The position numbers and the translations under genes were made by a program. A stretch of DNA of 64,000 bases from Eledone cirrhosa (taxonomy: Eukaryota). Position 1 is the stretch's first letter; each line of letters opens with the position of its first letter. Positions 54,978-64,000 of the stretch are shown here, in pieces. The stretch lies in assembly GCA_964016885.1 (NCBI GenBank), contig OZ024741.1:192820001-192884000 (forward strand), given 5' to 3'. Below the pieces are notes generated by a model. That model searched no databases. It saw only the letters and a list, made by a program, of their open reading frames with translations, and was not told the origin of the DNA.

Positions 54978-56343
54978 ATATTCAGTAGTTAAGCAAATCA
55001 AGGCCACAAGCTCACATAGAAGACATTAGTCGAAGAGTATCAGTATTAAGTTCAGTTTAATATAAAAAAGAGGATAAAATGTCAGTTTACAATTGTTTCA
55101 CTACTCCATATAATGTTCCTGGATCAATTGATGGTAATGTCATTATTGATTTGGTGCAGAGAAAGATAATTAACATAAAATAATATTATGGAGCAGCGAA
55201 CTTGAAATTAGATAATGAAAATATTACACCAGCAGCACAGCTCAAACAACCCTACTCCTACTAATCGCAATCCTAATTGCAACTGCCGTAACCCCACTGG
55301 ATGCCCGCTTAACAGGCAGTGCATTACGCCCAATATCGTATATACGTGCATCGTTAGAACGGCCTCATCTATTAGCTCCTATATTGGCTCTACCTCTAAC
55401 CCATTTAAGATTCGCTATAACGCGCACTCATTTTCCTTCCGCGACCCTGGCCATAGATGCTCTACTTCTCTAGTTAGGCTCATTAAAAACCTTAAACTGG
55501 CCAACATTGAACATTCACTAACTTGGGATATCTTGACTAGATCTACAGCGTCTAACGGGAGAATAAATTCTTGCGATCTCTGTCTCACCGAGCCCTATCA
55601 CATAACTCTGTCAAGGCCACCCCCATCAATGACAGGAATGAGTTGGTCATCAACTGCCACCATCGCAGAGCGAGCTCTTTCGCTAACAGAATATTCGACC
55701 AACCTTAGCCTATCATTTAATCACACTCCTCCCTATAACTAACAAACTAAAACGTATTTAGTCCACCACATAAACACCTATAAGCTACCTCCCTCGCATT
55801 ATCTTAGTTACAACTCTAATTGTCGCCTTTAGCTCTTCAAGGAGTTACCTCCCTTGAAACCCATCTCTGTACAATAAGGTAATTTCCCTATAAGAAGCCA
55901 TCTTGTTGTGCGATTTACGTTCAGCCTCGACAGATATGTAATTTTTCTTTATACCATACGCTTGAGATCTCCAGCGCCAAGGGACCTCATCTAGGGACCA
56001 GCTAATCTGACGATTATTTACGGACACGTAACCCTCTTATTTTATTTTATTTTTATTTCTACTTTATACATATTAATATTTTATTATCTAATTTCAAGTT
56101 CCGTGGAGCTGCTCCATAATATTATTTTATGTTAATTATCTTTCTCTGCACCAAATCAATAACGACATTACCATCGATTGATCCAGAAACATTATATTGA
56201 GTAGTGAAACAATTGTAAACTGACATTTTATCCTCTTTTTTTTTATATTAAACTGCACTTAATGCTGATACTCTTCGACTAATGTCTTCTATGTGAGTCT
56301 TCTATGTGGTCTTCTATGTGGTCTTGATTTTCTTAACTACTGA

Positions 56344-56347
<4 letters not shown>
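54978..56347 (+). mobile_element. 5'-truncated Penelope-like element: inverted pLTR (54978-55226), GIY-YIG fragment (~55230-55710), pLTR (56074-56347), then (TA)n
   Basis: ORF 55215-55742 reads CNCRNPTGCPLNRQC...NIVYTC...SYIGST...RYNAH...CDLCLTE. Flanked by ~250-bp inverted repeats. Confidence 0.85.
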
Positions 56348-56431
<84 letters not shown>

Positions 56432-56432
<1 letters not shown>

Positions 56433-57219
56433 AAGTGTTAAAACAATCAAATCTTAGTTTAATACATTTATTTGGTGACAATTATTTTCTTCCAGAGGGA
56501 TGTTTGGAATCATCGGATCATTGGGAATGTCTAAACAGGTGATTATAATCCTAGTCTTCATAGCATTTAGGTAGATACATAACTGCTGTCAGTGTCCTAG
56601 ACATCATGTAGAGAATCGGGAGTTAAAAGAATGTTATGCTTCAGTTAACACAATTACAAGGAGCAGTGGTGAAAAGTGCAAAAGGTACAAGCAAAAAGTA
56701 CAGGCAAAAAAGTTACAAGCAAGAAAAAATGTAAGATAGTATAAACATAAGATATCATAGCATTGGAGATCGGGTAATGTTAAGGGTATATAATGCAAGA
56801 GTCAATACAATCAATAAGGCATGTATGAGGAAAGAGTTATATTACAGCTGAAATAAGCATATTTCGTATAGAATGTAAAAGCATGTTATATGTGTTAGAA
56901 ATGTTTACAATTTTTAAAATGGCGTGCTATATGGCAGGGAGACATGTGGTGATAAAATAGGTATATAATAGATGTAATGCAGAGCACGTGATTGAACTGG
57001 GTAGGTAATTTGCATTCAAGAATGTTTATATTGGAGTTCTCTACATGATGTTTAGGACACAGACAGAAGTTATGTATCTACCTAAATGCTCTGAAGACTA
57101 GGATTTTACTCCCCTGTTTAGACATTTCCTATGTTCCGATGATTCCAAACATCCCTCTGGAAGAAACAATTGTCAGCAAATAAATGTATTAAACTAAGAT
57201 TTGATTGTTTTAACACTTT
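56432..57219. mobile_element. Non-coding foldback element with ~184-bp arms (56432-56615 / 57037-57219), next to (TA)n
   Basis: The arms are diverged reverse complements; the right arm carries a hammerhead motif. Confidence 0.85.
57132..57178 (+). ncRNA. Minimal type I hammerhead candidate (C at position 4)
   Basis: TGTT-CCGATGA-TTCCA aacatccctc TGGAA-GAA-ACAATTGT-C-AGCA, then AATAAA. An alternative 5' core, TGCT-CTGAAGA, lies at 57087-57097. Confidence 0.6.
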
Positions 57220-57357
57220 ATATCTCGGCTCTGTAAAACACTTAATAATTTGCATTGAGCCTTTTATCATACCGGTTACCGACTCGTCCTTAGCACTACC
57301 CTCCATATTTATAATTATATATTAAATACACATAAGTATAAGCATTATTATTATTAC

Positions 57358-57875
57358 TATATATATATATATATAAAGTTGTAGTTCCTATCTGTTTGTT
57401 TGTTTGTTCACGAACTCCTATGGTTTTGGAGATAGACCCCCATAACCACATATAATCTGAAACTACGTTGCCCAGGGTACTTGGGTAAATATATTTCATT
57501 TTAATCAAAGGGTTCCCCCGCGGCACAAACTCCCGCTGAAAACCCTCGTTGAATTTTTTTCCTTTCGATTTATATGAAATTTAAACCATAGGAAAATGAG
57601 AAGATATGATGCCGATTCACAGAAATTTTGAATTGATATTTTGAAAAACATTATTTACATGAAACAAAATAAGAATACGATTTAATAATGTAATTTTGAT
57701 TTGATATATTACAAAAAATAACGTTTTCCAATTTTTCATGCATTACAATTTTTATTGAGTAATATTGAAATGCAGAGTTTTTCCCCATAAATTATATCAG
57801 TGATTTAAAATCAATCATTATTTTCTTACAAAAAAAATGTGTGAAACGCAGCAAGGCGCGGGTAATTCGGCTAAT
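57358..57875 (+). mobile_element. Non-autonomous Helitron-like element
   Basis: 5' CTATATA...TAAAG start with a (GTTT)n microsatellite. 3' GC-rich hairpin CGCAGCAAGGCGCGGG lies ~10 nt before a CTAA(T) end (CTRR-like). Confidence 0.6.
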
Positions 57876-58055
57876 ATATATATATGGCTGTACACTGGTA
57901 CGGGAATGTGAGTATATATGTGTGAACATATGTGTGTATGTATATATAGATATATGTGCGTGCGTGTGTGTATATATGATGCATGCAAGTGCGTGTATTC
58001 GTGTGTGTGTATATATACATATATATTATATTATATTATATATATTTATATTATA

Positions 58056-58118
<63 letters not shown>

Positions 58119-58174
58119 ATATACATAATAAATATTATATATATATATATATAATATATTATATATACTAGCAG

Positions 58175-58442
58175 AAAAACCTTCAACAAGCTGCCGAGGG
58201 ATCTGAGAGATTTGCATGGTGTGGATGTGGATATTTTCAATAAACATCTCGACACCTTGCTATCCAGGATCCCGGATGAGCCCACAGCAAGGCACGAGGG
58301 AAACCTAAGGGCAGCGGCAATGAACTCCCTCTTGCACCAGTAGCCAACCAATACAGGCTGGAGATAAAATGTGTAGCAACAAGGGCGGTGCCGTAGCATG
58401 GCCTCAGTCGGATGACTGGAACAGGTAAAAGAGTAAAAGAGT
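58175..58442 (+). mobile_element. CR1-type LINE 3' end fragment
   Basis: Translates FNKLPRDLRDLHGVDVDIFNKHLDTLLSRIPDEP...AAAMNSL, followed by a short 3'UTR and a GTAAAAGA repeat tail. Confidence 0.75.
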
Positions 58443-58763
58443 ATATATATATTATATATACTAGCATAAAAACGACCCTTCGAGTGGTTTTCTGCTAGCA
58501 TGTGTAGTGTGCATATTGATATTATACGCAAGTATATATGCATTTAGATATGATACATCAAATAAAATTGTAATTGACAATATACACAGAAATTGAACGA
58601 AAACTGAGTTACACTGTCTTATGTAATCAGTAACGTAATCCATTGACGGGAATATATGACTGTTTATTTGAACTGTTACTAACCGGAAGTATTGACATTT
58701 GAAAATTTTAAAGAAGTGACATTACAATAGATACAATACATCAGGGGAAACTTGATAATAGTA

Positions 58764-59023
58764 CCACTGATGGTGTTACAGATGTGCAACGAACAAACTT
58801 TGTTAGACTATATATATGTATTTATATCTGTACTTTTGACCGTTGGTCAGCCAGTGATAAACATTGATGGCCAAATGAATTAACTATGGAGATATAAAGA
58901 TACAGAAGCGAAAACCAACCAAACAGTGAATGTGTTCTGTTATTATTTCTGGCAATATTATTACAACAATATGACCCTCCCCAAGTATAACAATATTTGT
59001 TTCGACACACAAAAACCTTGCAA

Positions 59024-59084
<61 letters not shown>

Positions 59085-59522
59085 GAAAATAGATCGAGAA
59101 ACAGGATTGTCCATCATCAGTAGTCTGGTGATTATCATTGGTATTTCTTCACATTAAAGACTAAATACCTAACATCAGTGCGAGCGATAACTAAATTAAG
59201 TTATCGAGACAGAACGAATTGGAAGGGGAAATGAAACAAACAACATGGTGTTAATGCAACGTAAAGAGAGGAAAAGAGGGACAAGTCAATGAATCTTGTG
59301 GGCATAAGTCCAAACAGATCAAATGACGAGAAGAAGCAGACACGTCCGAGCTACGCGAAAAGTGAGAGAGAAAATAATTTCACACAGGTCAGACGGGAGG
59401 AAGTGAGAGAGGGGGGGGGGGTTAGCAGAGAGTGAGTGAGTGAAAGCATGAGGAAGAGGCCAGCCGGGCTGGAACAGGTAAAAGAGTAAATGAGAATAGA
59501 TATATAATATATATATAATATA

Positions 59523-59582
<60 letters not shown>

Positions 59583-59820
59583 ATACTTGGGGAGGGTCAT
59601 ATTTGTGTAATATTGCCAGAATTAATAACAGAACACACTCACTGTTTGGTTGATTTTCGCTTCTCGCTGTCTTTTATATCGGTAATCTAACTTACTCGGT
59701 CCTCAATGTTGCCATTGACTGACCGACGGTCAAAAATAATACAGATACAATATAGACACAAACACATATATATAGTTTATCATAAATCTTTCGTTGCACA
59801 TCTGCAACATCGTCAGTGGT
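58764..59820. repeat. Diverged inverted repeats (58764-58995 / 59575-59820) enclosing a TA-flanked insert; third partial copy at ~60405-60510
   Basis: Shared ATGACCCTCCCCAAGTATAACAATAT and other blocks in opposite orientation. Confidence 0.8.
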
Positions 59821-60353
59821 GTTATATTTTCCTCCTGTTGTGTTGTATGTCTACGCCATTTCTATTCAGTCTGTCTATATATTTATTTATTTATTTATTT
59901 GCTTGTTTGTTTATTTTATTTCGTCTTCTTTGCGCTTGCGTGTGTGTATAGTGTTATGTTTGCTGTGTGATCGGTGACTAGTGTGTGTTTATGTGCTTGT
60001 TGTTATTGGGCTTGTGTATGTATTTATTTATTTATTTATTTATTTATCTTATTTTATTTACTTATTTATACTTCTCTTAGGTCAGTGTTGTTTGTTTGGG
60101 TGTTGTTGTTATTCCATTCATTCTTTCTGTTTAGCTTTGGTCTTCTAATTTCTTTGGTCTTCTAAGTTCAAGAAGTCTTTGGACAAATTCCTTCAAGAAA
60201 TCCTGGATAAGCCTACTACACCAGGATATGCCTCCATAAACAATAATTCTCTACTTGAGTGGGCCATGGTGCCCAAATCCTGATTTGAAAGACTTCGCCA
60301 GGTGGTGCTATTAAGTTAGACATAGCCTGGCCCAATACTGGCCGAAGCCTATC

Positions 60354-60393
<40 letters not shown>

Positions 60394-60717
60394 CGTTTCT
60401 GAATTTGTTTAGCAAGATTCTTTATCTGAAATCGTGTGTTGAAACCGATATTGTTATACTTTGGGAGGGTCATGTTGCCAATAAGAAACACACGCACCAG
60501 TTGTTTCACTTCAATTTATTATAATAAATTTATAATAAATTTATAAATTTATAAATTTCTGGTTGGTTGGTTGGTTCCACAACTAGATAGTTGTTTATAT
60601 ATAGTCATAGTTCTTTCGTCACACACTCTGTGACCTCTTCAGTGACTGGGGATTCCTTTCTTTGTTTCTGTGCCTCTCCTTTGTTCTGTCCTACGCCATT
60701 TTGTTTATATATATACA

Positions 60718-61948
60718 TAATTCCATTTCTTGAGCCAATCCTTCGTAACAACCAGAATGGATTTAGGAGAGGTAGATCAACACTTAGCCAGATTCTCTGC
60801 CTTCGCCGACTTATAGAGGAGTCCCAAAACTGCAATCTAGACCTTGCACTCATCTTTGTTGATTTTTCAAAGGCCTTCGACTCAGTTGACAGGTCGGGGA
60901 TGTTTGAAATTCTACAACTTTATGGGATTCCTGATAAAATCATCACGGCCATATGTGTAATGTATACAGATACCAAATCAACTGTCCTGACCCCAGATGG
61001 GGAAACACCACCTTTCTCAATCCTCGCTGGAATTTTACAGGGCGATACCCTTGCTTCGTATCTATTTATCATTGTTGTGGATTATGTTTTGCGCATGTCT
61101 GTGGATAGGATTCAGGATAGGGGATACCAACTACAGCCTAGGAGCAGCTCACGCTACACAGCAAAATACTTGATCGACACCGACTTTGCTAACGACATCG
61201 CATTGATCAGTCGGTCACTGGAAAATGCTGAGAGTCTTTTGAAGTCATTAGAGCAAGCGTCCAACTGTGTTGGACTGTACCTCAACGAATCCAAGACTGA
61301 GTATGCTAACAGATGCGCAAACAGCCCAAACTACCCCATCAAAACCCTTAATGGTACCACCCTTAAGCAGGTGGAAGTTTACAAGTATCTTGGCTCATAT
61401 ATCTCCTCCTCCAAAAAAGATTTTCTAACCAGGAAGGGTATGGCATGGTCAGCGTGCAATGACATGCACGCCATATGGACATCTCAACTTACCAACAAGC
61501 TAAAACTGGAAATATTCCAAGCAGCCATTAAGCCCATATTACTTTATCGATCAGAAACTTGGACACTAACATCACAACTTGAGAGGAGATTGGATGGCAC
61601 ATATACCCGCCTCTTAATGAGAGTGCAAAACCTATCCTGGAAACGACATCCCACCTTGTCTAAAATCTATGGCAAACTCCCTCGAGCCTCTGCCCTTCTA
61701 AAATCCCGGAGAGCTCAATTTGGTGGCCACTGTCACCGTGCCAGCAATGAAATCATATCCGCTCTCTTGCTCTGGAACCCTGACTCCAGCCTGACTAGGA
61801 GTAGGAAGCTGTCATTCCCCGACGTTATCTCTAGGGATACGGGATTCAGTAGACGGGACCTGGGGGCAGCGATGGGGGACAGGGAATTATGGGGCATGAG
61901 AGTGAGATCCATCATCTCGACAGTAGTCGACGAATGATGATGATGATA
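60718..61948 (+). pseudogene. 5'-truncated RTE-related LINE RT with (GAT)n tail; open frame but catalytic FADD changed to FAND
   Basis: QNGFRRGRST, FVDFSKAFDSV, QGDTL, FAND, YKYLGS and SETW motifs. The ORF N-terminus (60591-60717) is unrelated flank. Confidence 0.9.
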
Positions 61949-61970
61949 TATATATATAATATATATAATA

Positions 61971-62045
<75 letters not shown>

Positions 62046-62159
62046 CATATATATAATATGTATATATGTTATATATATACACATATTATATGTATATAAA
62101 TATATATATGTTATATATATGTAATATATATATATATATAATATATATATATAATGTAT

Positions 62160-62206
<47 letters not shown>

Positions 62207-62231
62207 TATATAGTATATATATATATATATA

Positions 62232-63015
62232 CAATATATATAGGGGAAAGACAGAGAAGAGTGTGTTTTTCATTACAGGAAATCGAACCACCAGCGTGAG
62301 AAGAATATAAGCTCCTAGAGGCATTGGTAAAACATTAAAATTAAAAGTATGAATTGAAATGAAAAACCAACCTCACCTAAATCACAATCACAAATGTGTT
62401 TTTCCCCTCTATATATTGTAGTTTATAGTGCCAAGTAAAACTATTTCCGTTGAGCTCATTTAATTACAGGATAATACGCGAGTCCTTTGCTCCGTTATTT
62501 TTACTTGATATTTGCACCTTGCGCTCTCTCTGATGTTGAGCACCATAAATTGAATAGTATAGGCTGCCATGTCTAGCAGCTTGTTCTGTTCATGCCACCA
62601 GTTCCTGCCCCGAGCACGCATTCCTCTTATGTCTCCACGTGCGAAGGGTGGTTTATTTTAGTTCTCTCTAGTAGTGCGGACAATATTGGCCTGCCACATG
62701 CTGATGACCCACCGGGCCGTATTGGAACCCACTAAAAGGGCGAAACATGCTCCTGGTGAGTGTGTACATGTGTGATTTAGGTGAGGATGGTTTTTAATTT
62801 CAATTTATACTTTTAATTTTTATGTTTTACCAATGCCTCTAGTACCTTATATTCTTCTCACGCTGGTGGTTCGAAATTCCTGTAATGAAAAACACACTCT
62901 TCTGTGTCTTTCCACTCTATATATTGTATTTTAAAGTGTCCAGGTAAACTATTTCCTTTGAGCTCATTTAATTACAGGACTATACGCGATTCCTTTGCTC
63001 CGTTATTTTTACTTT
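62232..63015 (+). mobile_element. Non-coding element in (TA)n with both inverted (62232-62386 / 62771-62928) and direct (62395-62506 / 62903-63015) repeats and an internal hammerhead
   Basis: Repeats read directly; flanked by TA tracts on both sides. Confidence 0.78.
62695..62772 (+). ncRNA. Type I hammerhead ribozyme candidate with a full stem III
   Basis: CACATG-CTGATGA-CCC...GGGC-GAA-ACATGCTC ctggt GAGTGTGT-A-CATGTG; GUA triplet. The base of stem II is imperfect. Confidence 0.7.
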
Positions 63016-63151
63016 ATATATATATATACATATATATAATATATATACATATATATAATATATATATAATACATATATTATATATTATATATATATATGT
63101 ATATATATATATAATATATATATTTATAGATATAACTATGGCTTGGATATA

Positions 63152-63462
63152 AATACCCCCTCCGCCTCCGTGGTATTTTCTTCGGGGTTATAAGAGGCTT
63201 AGCTCTGTTTCTTGACCGTTGTATCACGTGACTATCTCCCCCTCCGCCTTTTGGGATTGTTTCTCACATCATATAGACGCGTTCTTGAAGCTAGTAAAAC
63301 GAGGTATCCTCTTGATAAGTCGGCAGACCTCGCAAAAACTCTATATCTTTATGATGTATTGTTTTTGTTTATGCCACGAAACTACGTAGTCGAGGAATCT
63401 AGGAGCAGTTTAGGTATGATACATTTTATTACTAATTATATCTAAATGTTTCTTCTCTCTTC

Positions 63463-63468
<6 letters not shown>
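63152..63468 (+). mobile_element. Hammerhead-bearing terminal repeat (copy of 52276-52592)
   Basis: Reverse-complement homologue; ends at (TA)n. Confidence 0.75.
63307..63396 (+). ncRNA. Type I hammerhead candidate, U3-A8 core variant
   Basis: TCCTC-TTGATAA-GTCGGCA...TGCCAC-GAA-ACTACGTAGT-C-GAGGA; GUC triplet. Confidence 0.72.
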
Positions 63469-63538
<70 letters not shown>

Positions 63539-64000
63539 TCATATATAATATATATATATAAAATATATATATAATGGCGGACGAACTCAGCAGAATCAAC
63601 GGCCATCTAAAAAATACTTGTTTTTATTTATTTACCTCGGAGTGAAAGGCCCCCAGTTTGTTATCACAACATCTTTCTAGGACATGGAACTCTGAAAAAA
63701 ATCCTGCGGCTTCGGAAATATCCGATGATGTTGACCAGGTCTCCTTTTCGGGTAGTGTTTTTGATGCTCCGGGAGTGGGATTGGTCGTGTGCAATATATA
63801 TGTGAGTGTGTGTGTTGTGTGTGCGTGCGTGTGTCATAATTAAATACTTGGTGGCTGATGTCTGAGACAGTGGCACACGGGCTTAAAATTCGTAGTATTT
63901 ATTATCGTCCTTAATTGTGAGTTGAAATCATAGCTGATTTTCGTTTTACTGTACTTTGGAGTTGGGTTACCTCAGTCGTAGCCCCTCCTTTAAATATTTG

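Noticed and set aside
60591-61937. Intact 448-aa RT gene or domesticated RT
   Set aside because: 5'-truncated, the start lies in unrelated flank, the catalytic motif reads FAND, and it has a (GAT)n retroposon tail.

Overview
AT-rich, repeat-saturated eukaryotic DNA. The SINE family, the density of (TA)n/(CA)n tracts and the LINE complement suggest a cephalopod or other mollusc (inference). I found no credible host protein-coding exon, and most long ORFs in the track are microsatellite translations. Contents: a 4.9 kb trinucleotide-based minisatellite; a hAT MITE; a decayed Tc1/mariner; decayed LINEs of several clades (R4/Dong-type RLE, Tx1/L1-like, RTE, CR1); Penelope-like RT/GIY-YIG remnants; about 8 tRNA-derived SINEs; a non-autonomous Helitron; and an odd three-LTR element nested in a LINE. 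The main signal starts at about 29 kb: a dense set of mostly non-coding foldback elements embedded in (TA)n tracts. Their arms carry type I hammerhead ribozyme motifs near the outer ends (12 apparently complete copies of 8 distinct sequence types, plus decayed ones). These include a U3-A8 core variant and compensatory changes between arms. All structures were paired by eye and none were computed.
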